In this document: positions 28,371 to 36,880 of the stretch, in pieces
Layout: the number at the start of each line of letters is the position of its first letter
Position numbering within the stretch: the first letter of the stretch is position 1
NCBI GenBank assembly: GCA_044353705.1
Contig: JBILBJ010000001.1
Location: 1 to 36,880, forward strand
Reading direction: 5' to 3'
DNA from: Sphingorhabdus sp.
GTDB lineage: Bacteria; Pseudomonadota; Alphaproteobacteria; Sphingomonadales; Sphingomonadaceae
Length of the DNA: 36,880 bases
Translations under genes and position numbers: made by a program
The notes under the pieces: generated by a model
Told to the model about the DNA's origin: nothing
Database searches by the model: none
What the model saw: the letters and a program-made list of their open reading frames with translations, nothing else

Positions 28371-31300
28371 ATGGCTACTCAACTCAACAATACGTACCTG
28401 GCCTCCGGTGGAACTCTTGCGCTTGGTTTTGGGACTTCTGCAACGAGGGTTTATGGTTCGGTTGACGCTGACACTGTAACCATCGCCGCCGGCGTGACTG
28501 TCGTTCTTGACGGTTCTTTCAACCGCGGTAACGACACCATCAAGTTCACTGGTAACGCTGCAAGCTACAGCATCGTGCGCGTAAATGCTTCGACCGTACT
28601 GGTAACGGACGCGTCGGGTACTTCGGTAACCATTCCAGTCGGCAGCGCCGGCACCAAAATTCAATTCGCTGACGCAACGCGTACCCTCTCGGGCAGCTCG
28701 GCAGGTATCGTCCTTGGTGACCAGGCCGTTACATCTACAGCAGCTCCCTTGGCCCAGGGTACTTCGCCTGCAGGCGAATTCATTCTGACCAGCAGCGCGC
28801 CAACCGTGACTGAAGGCAGCAATGGCACCAAGACGCTGACCTATCTGCTTCAGCTGAACAAGGCGCCTACTTCTGAGCTTTCGCTTAACTATCAAACCAC
28901 TGATGCCGGCACTGCGCAGGCGGGCGATGACTTCCAAGTCGTTGCGGGTCTGGTAACGTTTGCTGCTGGTCAAACCGCGGCTACAGTGTCCGTCACCGTA
29001 TATGGTGACACCACTGTTGAGGCAGACGAAACCGTTGTTCTTCGCGTTTCGGGTTCGAAATTGGTTGCCTCGGTTGACGCCGTAGGTACAATCGTAAGTG
29101 ACGATATTAATCCGGACGCCGTGACCAGCTACACCGTTTCAGCTGGCGATATCGCCGCGGCAAACGCAGCCGACGTGCCCGCTATCATTAACGTCGGCAA
29201 TACAGGTGATAAGACCGTAGCTATCCAGTCTGACGGCGCTTCGGCAGTGAAGGGTGTCATTGTGAACGGCAATGCTGACGTGACGGTCACTTCAGGCGCC
29301 GGCAATGATAAAATTACTCTCACCGGCAACGGCGATAATACTGTTAACGTTGGCACTGGTAACGACGTTGTGAGCATCTTTGGATCTGGAGCAAACACTG
29401 TCGTGTTTGGTTCTGGCTCACTCAAGGGTGGCGACGCTGTAACTGGCGGAACCGGCGTAGATACGGTTGTTATCTCTGGTGACGGAAACGTTATCGCCTT
29501 TGACGCCAATGGCGACGGTGTTGAGACAACTGGCGCCGTGCTTGATAGCGTTGAAAAACTCGTTTTTAATGGCACGACTGCTACGATCAGTGCCCTTTGG
29601 CTCGAGAAGGTGCTTGCCGATGGAGGCACCATGTACCTTCTGGGCTCGAAGGCTACGTCCGTGTTGACTATATCAGATCTGGACCAGACCGAAGGCGACA
29701 CGCTCGATATCAGTGGTTTGGTTTTCGAAGGTGGCTTTAAGGGCATTTTAACAACCGGCACCGGAACTCTAATCCTTAATACAGCCCAGAAGGCGGCGGT
29801 TGAATCCATAAGCGCGAAAACCGGTACATTGACCCAGGTGGTTATTGTGGCTGGTGAACAGACTGTCGCGCAGGCCCAGGCGTTGATTGCTGCCGGAGAG
29901 ACCGCGAAATTTGCGCTTGTTGACACTGCAGACGCATTGGCACGCGCTCCGGCTGCTGTTTTTGGCAAGGCGATGTCCGTAGAGTCAACTACCGATGCCA
30001 CAGCTGCTCAGGCCGTAGCAATCGGCACCGCTATCGCTAACTCGAGCAACACTTCAATCTTCAATGGCGGCGTAGTAGACAAGGCAGTTAAGGTAAGTGT
30101 CACCGACACGGCGTCCATGCTCGCCAACAACGCGTCGGGTCTTGCTATTGCCGACAAGGTTACAGCGACGACCGTCGCTACGGTAGCTGAAGCAAATGCA
30201 ATTGTCGGAGCCAATAAGTTTGTGGCCGGCGTTCAGCTGTTCGCGGCAAGCTACGCTGTTGCGGACATTGCAAGTGCGCTTAAAGGTAGTTCGTTGGGCA
30301 CTGCAACAGTAACGACGAATATCACGGCCGGCACCGAACGTGTTGTAACAATCGCCTCAACCGCTGGCTTGGCTGCGGGCATGGCTATTTCTGGTACAGG
30401 TATTCCTTCGGGAGCGAAAATCACTTCGATCACGAATGACACGACATTTGTGATCAGCGCAAATGCGACCGCGGCGGCTTCGGTGGTCGGCACATTTACA
30501 GGTACAACGTCAGCGGCAGCTTTGAATGGTGCGACCAGTGTAACGATCGCTGCAACATCTTCAGTTGCTGATGTAACTGCCATTAATGCTGAACTCGCGG
30601 CTGCAACTGGCGGTCTGACCAAGGTCGCTGCCGGCTACAGCCTCACGGATACAGCGTCGAACCTTACGGCATCCGGTGCTGCGGCTGTTATTGCTGCCGC
30701 TGGTGGAATTAGGGTTTCCACAAACGGGTCAACACTTGATGCATTGACGGTTGCAGAAGCGACGGCGGTTGAGTTGCTCGCTAACACTGGCACAAATGCT
30801 TACACGCTGGCGGATAGTGCGTTGGCGCTACGTAACGCCAGTGCTGCGGTTACGGCCGTTGGTAGTTTGAGGGGCGCAGCCCTTACCGATGGCACAGTTA
30901 GCGTTGCCAACTTTAACGCGTTGGTTGCGCAGTTTGGAAACGCAGCTTTCTCAGATAGTGCAACGGTCACCGATACGGCTGCAGAACTGGTGAAGTTGTC
31001 TCCAGCCGCTCTTCTCGAAAATGGTGTAACGACGGTAGCTGTTACTGGAACGGCTACAGTTGCGCAGCTAACTGCTCTCAATGCATTCCTGACCGATGCA
31101 ACCACCGGTGGACGGCTGGTTATTGCACCAGCGCAAAGTGCTGTTAACATTAGAGACACGGCCGATAATCTTGCCGCTGCAATCTTGGATCCAGCAACGC
31201 GTTCAGCCTTGGATCTGGCAGGTACTGTAACCGTTACCGGTGCAGCTACAGTTAAGCAGATCGCGGATATCAACTTAGCACTGTCAACTGACCAAACGGA

Positions 31301-34300
31301 TGTGGTCGCGGGTTACACGCTCGTTGACACGGCAGCGAACTTGGCTCTCAATGCTAATTCCGGGATCGTGGGCGCCTCGTCCAAGGTTACGGTTTCTGAT
31401 GCGGCAACGGTCGCGCAGATCGAAGCTATTGATACCGCGTTTGGTGCTAAAATTACTGCAAACGTCACGACAGTGAATGCTTCGGCTACTGTCACCACAG
31501 CCTCTACGGCAGGTTTGGTGGTCGGTTCCGTCATAACGGCGACAGGTATTCCAAGTGGAGCCACAATCGCATCGATCACTAGCGCGACAGAGTTTGTAAT
31601 CAGCGCCGCTGCAACAGCGAGTGCGACAGTCAGTGCGAATTTCGACGGCGTTCTGGGTGCAGACATTGTTTACGCGCTTCAAGACGCCGTGGGCACTTTG
31701 GTTAACGCCAACTCGAACCTTGAAACGGCGGCAGCCACAAGCGTCCAGCTGGTTTCGCCTGTTGCTAGCACGGCGCAGGCAACCACGCTCACTGATGCGA
31801 CGAAATTCCCTGCCGGCGTAGACGGCGGCTTTGTCATCGAGGGCGACGTAACTGCAATTACTGCTGCGACCACCACACTGCTCGGCAAGGCGACGAAGGT
31901 TGTGTTGGTCGACGCAATTGGGTCGCTCTTCACTAATGGGCAGCCTGTGGCCGCGGTGGCCAAGGCCACTGAAGTTATTGCAAGCACCGCAGTCGCTAAT
32001 GCTGCGGCCCTCGCTCTCAACCCGGACGCATCGAAAGTAAGCGGCTTCCGCATTACCGACAGCACGACGGTGGCAAATGCGGCGGCTGTAAATGCACTGT
32101 CTGCGATTAAGTCCACGACGTACGCGGTTACAGGCACTTTCGCTGAGTTGATGGCAAGTGGCTCTGCACTCGCCACATTCGTGCAAAAGGCTACTACCAT
32201 AACGCCATCAGATGCCTCATTGACGGTGGCCCAGTTTAATGCACTGGATGCCCGTGCAGGTGGTACAATCGTGGAGGCTATTGTGGACACGGCGGCTGCG
32301 CTTGCCAGCGATACGGCATCTGCAGCGGTAGCGGCCGCTAGGTTGAATGGCCTGACGGTAACTGTGTCGACAGCGACGACTGGCTCTACTTTTGCATCGG
32401 TGGAACAAGCTAAGGCACTCATCGCCAAAAACATCTCTGGTTATACGATTGTCGACACTGCGGCTAACATCACTGCCGCCGGCGACGCAGTATTGCTAGC
32501 GAAGCAGGCCGATGGCACGACCAACCGCGCTTCCTTGATTGTCATTAACGACGGCGGCGAAGTTACATTGTCTGTTGCCGCCGCTTTGGTTGCCTTTGAC
32601 TCTGGTAGCGGCAACGATGACGGCAATGCGGCTGCAACCTATAACTTGGTTGATACGGCAGCAAATCTTGTCAATGCACCAACCAACATGTTGGGCTTTG
32701 CGAAAAACGTCACTGCGACGACGGCAGCTACTATTGCAGAGGCAGCCGCTCTTGCAGAGGGTACACGCAATCCAATGGGTACGCTTACCTACGATATTGC
32801 AGATGTCACTAAGGTGAACCTTCTCACGGGTGCCGGTGTAGCTTCTGCAGCTGCAAACAAGGCACGCAACATCACAATCGACGTACTTGCTCCGCTGACT
32901 GTTGCTGAGGCTGCTGCTTTGAAGGCTGCCACAAACACTGGCACGGAAAGCTATCGCATCAGCGATACGGCACTCAATATCGGTGGCCCGCTTGCTGGTG
33001 ATGCTACGACCGGCTTGGTCAGCTCAGCTGGTGTCGCGGCGATTAATGCTGCCACAGGCACTGTGGTGGTAACAGGTACTGCCGCCAATGCGGTTCAGGC
33101 AACACGTATCGCCGCCTATACTAAGGGGGTTGTTTACGATGTTGCGGACACAGCGGCGGGGTTGGGGGCGACTACTGTCTCCGCAGGAGCAATCAATGAA
33201 GCACGTGACATAACTGTTGCTTATGTTTCAACAGATGCCACTACCATTGCTGCAACAACCGTAACTGCTGCATTGGCAACAAAGCTCCTTGGCGCCACGA
33301 ATACTGGGACTACAACTATCGGGCGTGTGTCAGCTACGGCTGACCAGGCCGCCGGTCTGACGCTGACGTCCAACGATGTTATTACAACGTTGAACGTAAC
33401 CGGCATCGCGACTGCCGCGCAGGCGGCGACGATCTGGGCGAAGGATGTTGGTGCCAACATTACAACAATCAACTTTGTATCAGTGACGGGTACTGCTTCT
33501 GAACTAGCTGCGCTTGCACTCAACCCACTGCAGGCAGGTATACTCACGAACACAGCAAGCGCCGGAGTTGTTGCCACAACGGCCGCTACAGCAGCCCAGG
33601 CTGCGGCAATTTATGCTGCTAACAACACGGCGGTTTATGACATTGCCGACACGTTTGCCAATTTGATGTTGGATACCAACATCACGGATCCTGTCGATCG
33701 TTCCGCGGCAATTGTTCAAGGTGACATGGTTACCGTGACTGACGCTATCGACCTCGCCCAAGCAAAGCAGGCCGTTGTGACGGGTGGCGGTTCTGCCGAC
33801 CAAGTGTTCGAGCTGGCGGATGTCTATACAATTGTTGACACAGACAGCAATATTCTGACTGCTATGGGCACATCGGCTGACGCAGCTATCCTATTCAAGG
33901 CTGCCGCAGTTACCTTGGCAAACGGAACTTCGCTGCAGCTCGACTATATCGGTAGCGCCTCAGTTAATGGAACGTTACATATCGTCGGAACGCGCTCGGA
34001 AATTGAGGCTCTTCCAGCCTCAATGGCAACTGCCAAGAAGTTGCTTGAAGTGTCGGTGGCCGATTTGGTCGCAAATCCGACATATTTCACCACGCTTCCT
34101 GGTAATGTCAATTATCGCGTTGTGGACACTTATGCCAACCTGACCAGCGGTAACACGCTGATCGCCCAGGCCGACGGTATCACCGTCATTGGTGATGTCA
34201 CGGTGGCGCAGGCTGCTATTGCGCGCGCATTGATTGCAGACAGCGGTGAAGTAAGCTTCAGCTTGCAGGATACAGCCGCCAATTTGTTAGCACCTTCGGC

Positions 34301-36880
34301 AGCAACTATCTTGACCGAATCGGTTAACGTTAGTGCAACGACCGCGGTGACCGTAGCCCAGGCAGGTACAATCCTGACTGCGGTCGGTCTGACTGGAAAG
34401 GCCAGCTACAGCATTAGCCAATCTGACGCTGTATCAATCACGTCGGGAGACAATGCTGCACTGAAGGCTGCTACCAACATCACGATCACGGCGACCGCCA
34501 ATGGCTCTATCAATGCAACCGAGGCTGCTCTGTTGCTTGGAGCAAAGAACTCTGGTTTGACCGTTATCTCGAAGGTAAATGGTACCCTGTCAGAGCTGCA
34601 AACTCTGCTGCTTTCGAAGGGTGCAAATGACACAATTGGTACGATTGAACTAAGTGCCACTACTACGGTTGCGAATTTGCGGACACTCGATGGTCTCGCT
34701 ACTTCGGTGGTGTACTCGCTTACCGATACGGCGGCCAATTTGGTAGCTGCTGCAGGCACTGTGCTCAACGGGGCGACATCGCTTACCCTGTCGGGTACGG
34801 CTACTACGGCTAAGGCAACTGTTGCCCAGCTAATTGTGTTGGATGCGGCAACGCCGCCACTTACTGCAGCAATCAGTGATACGGCTGCGAATATCCTTGC
34901 CGCTTCACCGACGCTGCTGGCCGCTTATGATACCACAGCTATTGTGGTATCCGGGGCGATCAGCGCCGCAACAGCAGCCGAGCTGAACAGCTTTGAGAAC
35001 CTCAATGGCCTCAATGTAGATGTCGAGGGCGCACAGTTGACCGACACGTCAGCCAACCTGCTTCTCATCGAGAACGCAAGTTTGGTAGCTGCTGCGACAA
35101 AGGTAACGGTAAGCGATGTCATGACGACGGCGCGCGCAAGCCTTGTCATCGCCGCAGTGAACACGGGCGGGTCAGATACTGCACTCACGTCCGCAGGCCT
35201 GAAGTTCGACTTGTCGGATAGCTACGCTAACTTGGCTTTGGCATCCGCAACGGCCAACCTTGCAACTAAGGTCACAATCACAAATACGATTGGGGCAGCA
35301 CAGGCGAAGACAGCTGACGATTGGAGTGGTACGGCGATTTATGACAACGTCCGTGATACGGCAACGAACGTCGCAAACGCTACATTCGCTGTTGCACTTG
35401 CAAAGGCAAAAACGGTTACTCTGACCACCGACGCAACAGTTGCACAGGCGGGCCGGATCTCCGAGATGGCCAATGTAACTAGCTATGCGATCAAAGATGA
35501 AGCGGCGAACGTCTATAACGCGCTTAATACGATTAACGGGCTTAACGTTGCAGATCGTAAATCAGTATTGGGCGCAGCGTCAGTCACGGTTACAGACCTA
35601 GTGTCGGTAGTTCAGGCTGTCGGTGACCCTGGTACCAACGATGCAGGCGAAAAACTTGGTTTGGGCACAGTCCCAGGCGCCGTCTTCTCTGTAGTAGGCT
35701 CAGCAGCAGATATCGCAGCGGCGCTGCGGGACCCTGCAAAGGCCCCTGCGATGCTCAATGCCACCACGGTGGAATTGACCGATGGGTCCGAGGCCAAGGT
35801 CGCGGATTTGACGCTGATTGCGGATATTTTGGGTTCAGCATTCCTCTACGACGTGGTCGATCGGGACTTGGGTACAAGCGAATATCGGATCAACGACACC
35901 TTCGGGGCCATCCAGCGTGGCGATGCCTCCTTGGTTGCAGGTGCCAGAGCTATTGTGGCGAATGGTACCGACGCTGTTGCTGATGTGATTGATATGTCCG
36001 GCTTTAGCATCGGCATGACGATCAACGGCCTGGGCGGCGCTGATACCATCACAGGCACCGCCGCTCGGGATACGATCAACGTCGGGACTGACGCTGTTGC
36101 TGATACTGTCATCGTCAACGCGGTGGTCGGGACCAGCTCTACCTCAGGTCGCGTAGTGGTGACTGGCAACGATAACGATACTGGCTTCGATACAGTTACG
36201 AGCTTTGGGGTTGGCACCGATATCATTCGCGTTGTTGCGACGAATGTTGCGGGATTTGCTCATGGCACGAATACTGCGGTCGGCACGGCAACTGGAGGGC
36301 TTAATGACGGTACCACCGGTAGCTTTGCTGCCACGGTAGGCCTCGTCGATCTGGGTGGGACCGCCGGTACAATCGGTGACGGTGACGTCGCCCTTAGCTT
36401 TGGAACCGCCCTCACGAAGACCGAATTTGAGGCAGCCCTGCAGTACAACCTGACTGGTACGGATGCTGCTAACACCCTCACGGGTGGTGGTTTGGCCGAT
36501 ACAATCAATGGTGGTGCTGGAGCAGATATACTCAACGGCGGTGCCGGTGCCGATACACTCATTGGTGGCTCTGGTACCGATACCATCACCGGTGGTACTG
36601 GCGCTGATATCATGACTGGTGGTACAGATCGGGATATCTTTGCTCTTGCAGCTGGTGATAGTTCGCTTACTGTCGGACTTGGCTCTAGTTCGACAAACTC
36701 TTCGGTTGCAGGTGCTGATCAGATCACCGATTTCACTAAGGCCAGCGGTTCCGCTGTCAGTGAAACGCTCGATGTGGCTGGTACAGCCTCCGTCATGGCA
36801 AACGGTACTACCGACATTGCAACCACTACAAACGTGACCGTCAACAATAGCGGTACCAGCACAGTGTTTGCTTCGTTGGT
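28371..36880 (+). CDS. Giant RTX-type repetitive surface protein (adhesin or S-layer-like), 3'-truncated by the window end, >2,830 aa
   Basis: GGAGA RBS, then ATG at 28371 (MATQLNNTYLASGG...). Same frame reads as RTX nonamers near 36480-36640 (GGAGADILN, GGAGADTLI, GGSGTDTIT, GGTGADIMT). The ORF track has no closed ORF in this frame, consistent with no stop. Calx-beta-like domain at ~28776-29105. Confidence 0.9.
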   Translation, partial: MATQLNNTYLASGGTLALGFGTSATRVYGSVDADTVTIAAGVTVVLDGSFNRGNDTIKFTGNAASYSIVRVNASTVLVTDASGTSVTIPVGSAGTKIQFADATRTLSGSSAGIVLGDQAVTSTAAPLAQGTSPAGEFILTSSAPTVTEGSNGTKTLTYLLQLNKAPTSELSLNYQTTDAGTAQAGDDFQVVAGLVTFAAGQTAATVSVTVYGDTTVEADETVVLRVSGSKLVASVDAVGTIVSDDINPDAVTSYTVSAGDIAAANAADVPAIINVGNTGDKTVAIQSDGASAVKGVIVNGNADVTVTSGAGNDKITLTGNGDNTVNVGTGNDVVSIFGSGANTVVFGSGSLKGGDAVTGGTGVDTVVISGDGNVIAFDANGDGVETTGAVLDSVEKLVFNGTTATISALWLEKVLADGGTMYLLGSKATSVLTISDLDQTEGDTLDISGLVFEGGFKGILTTGTGTLILNTAQKAAVESISAKTGTLTQVVIVAGEQTVAQAQALIAAGETAKFALVDTADALARAPAAVFGKAMSVESTTDATAAQAVAIGTAIANSSNTSIFNGGVVDKAVKVSVTDTASMLANNASGLAIADKVTATTVATVAEANAIVGANKFVAGVQLFAASYAVADIASALKGSSLGTATVTTNITAGTERVVTIASTAGLAAGMAISGTGIPSGAKITSITNDTTFVISANATAAASVVGTFTGTTSAAALNGATSVTIAATSSVADVTAINAELAAATGGLTKVAAGYSLTDTASNLTASGAAAVIAAAGGIRVSTNGSTLDALTVAEATAVELLANTGTNAYTLADSALALRNASAAVTAVGSLRGAALTDGTVSVANFNALVAQFGNAAFSDSATVTDTAAELVKLSPAALLENGVTTVAVTGTATVAQLTALNAFLTDATTGGRLVIAPAQSAVNIRDTADNLAAAILDPATRSALDLAGTVTVTGAATVKQIADINLALSTDQTDVVAGYTLVDTAANLALNANSGIVGASSKVTVSDAATVAQIEAIDTAFGAKITANVTTVNASATVTTASTAGLVVGSVITATGIPSGATIASITSATEFVISAAATASATVSANFDGVLGADIVYALQDAVGTLVNANSNLETAAATSVQLVSPVASTAQATTLTDATKFPAGVDGGFVIEGDVTAITAATTTLLGKATKVVLVDAIGSLFTNGQPVAAVAKATEVIASTAVANAAALALNPDASKVSGFRITDSTTVANAAAVNALSAIKSTTYAVTGTFAELMASGSALATFVQKATTITPSDASLTVAQFNALDARAGGTIVEAIVDTAAALASDTASAAVAAARLNGLTVTVSTATTGSTFASVEQAKALIAKNISGYTIVDTAANITAAGDAVLLAKQADGTTNRASLIVINDGGEVTLSVAAALVAFDSGSGNDDGNAAATYNLVDTAANLVNAPTNMLGFAKNVTATTAATIAEAAALAEGTRNPMGTLTYDIADVTKVNLLTGAGVASAAANKARNITIDVLAPLTVAEAAALKAATNTGTESYRISDTALNIGGPLAGDATTGLVSSAGVAAINAATGTVVVTGTAANAVQATRIAAYTKGVVYDVADTAAGLGATTVSAGAINEARDITVAYVSTDATTIAATTVTAALATKLLGATNTGTTTIGRVSATADQAAGLTLTSNDVITTLNVTGIATAAQAATIWAKDVGANITTINFVSVTGTASELAALALNPLQAGILTNTASAGVVATTAATAAQAAAIYAANNTAVYDIADTFANLMLDTNITDPVDRSAAIVQGDMVTVTDAIDLAQAKQAVVTGGGSADQVFELADVYTIVDTDSNILTAMGTSADAAILFKAAAVTLANGTSLQLDYIGSASVNGTLHIVGTRSEIEALPASMATAKKLLEVSVADLVANPTYFTTLPGNVNYRVVDTYANLTSGNTLIAQADGITVIGDVTVAQAAIARALIADSGEVSFSLQDTAANLLAPSAATILTESVNVSATTAVTVAQAGTILTAVGLTGKASYSISQSDAVSITSGDNAALKAATNITITATANGSINATEAALLLGAKNSGLTVISKVNGTLSELQTLLLSKGANDTIGTIELSATTTVANLRTLDGLATSVVYSLTDTAANLVAAAGTVLNGATSLTLSGTATTAKATVAQLIVLDAATPPLTAAISDTAANILAASPTLLAAYDTTAIVVSGAISAATAAELNSFENLNGLNVDVEGAQLTDTSANLLLIENASLVAAATKVTVSDVMTTARASLVIAAVNTGGSDTALTSAGLKFDLSDSYANLALASATANLATKVTITNTIGAAQAKTADDWSGTAIYDNVRDTATNVANATFAVALAKAKTVTLTTDATVAQAGRISEMANVTSYAIKDEAANVYNALNTINGLNVADRKSVLGAASVTVTDLVSVVQAVGDPGTNDAGEKLGLGTVPGAVFSVVGSAADIAAALRDPAKAPAMLNATTVELTDGSEAKVADLTLIADILGSAFLYDVVDRDLGTSEYRINDTFGAIQRGDASLVAGARAIVANGTDAVADVIDMSGFSIGMTINGLGGADTITGTAARDTINVGTDAVADTVIVNAVVGTSSTSGRVVVTGNDNDTGFDTVTSFGVGTDIIRVVATNVAGFAHGTNTAVGTATGGLNDGTTGSFAATVGLVDLGGTAGTIGDGDVALSFGTALTKTEFEAALQYNLTGTDAANTLTGGGLADTINGGAGADILNGGAGADTLIGGSGTDTITGGTGADIMTGGTDRDIFALAAGDSSLTVGLGSSSTNSSVAGADQITDFTKASGSAVSETLDVAGTASVMANGTTDIATTTNVTVNNSGTSTVFASL

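Larger units (their letters stand above)
25004..36880. mobile_element. Putative tRNA-integrated genomic island carrying surface-protein genes (right end outside the window)
   Basis: Bounded by the tRNA fragment with an IS remnant nearby. AT-rich spacer and a visible shift to T/A-ending codons (GCT, ACT, GGT, GTT, ACA). No integrase seen in the window. Confidence 0.5.

Noticed and set aside
35970-36104. 15-bp repeat GACGCTGTTGCTGAT (DAVAD twice)
   Set aside because: Explained by the protein's beta-roll repeat; too short to imply a DNA-level mechanism.
28308-36837. Many minus-strand and off-frame ORFs over the giant gene
   Set aside because: Shadow ORFs produced by the biased Ala/Thr/Val codons of the real plus-strand frame.
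1-36880. CRISPR arrays, rRNA, intact tRNA, parS sites, integrase, T1SS transporter or defence genes
   Set aside because: None seen by eye; no regularly spaced repeat-spacer pattern and no matching protein motifs in the window.

Overview
Alphaproteobacterial chromosome segment. Gene order and protein sequences suggest Sphingomonadales (inference). Bases 1 to ~24,550 are core genome: ftsK (5'-truncated), lolA, a candidate C-loop sRNA, xth, ribA, a class A PBP, msrB, the DUF3576-leuS-lptE-holA operon, an exported hypothetical protein, divergent thiE-like/yggS, an Lhr helicase and PdeM nuclease split by two exported proteases and a REP-like palindrome, mipZ-J-domain-pgmG, panC, a UDP-glucuronate-epimerase-like gene and a TetR regulator. 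At ~24.55-25.6 kb there is a junction zone with an IS481-like transposase fragment and a degenerate 3' half of a tRNA-Val on the minus strand, read here as a genomic-island att scar. The rest of the window is a two-gene surface-protein locus. The first gene encodes a 903-aa protein with a hydrophobic N-terminal segment, cadherin/VCBS-like domains and three C-terminal modules. The second is a giant ORF (28371 to beyond the window end, >2,830 codons) that the ORF track omits because it has no stop codon. It carries a Calx-beta domain, a long 'YxLxDTAANL...ATVAQA' repeat array with two inserted small modules, and RTX repeats. All homology calls come from motif recognition by eye; no searches were run.
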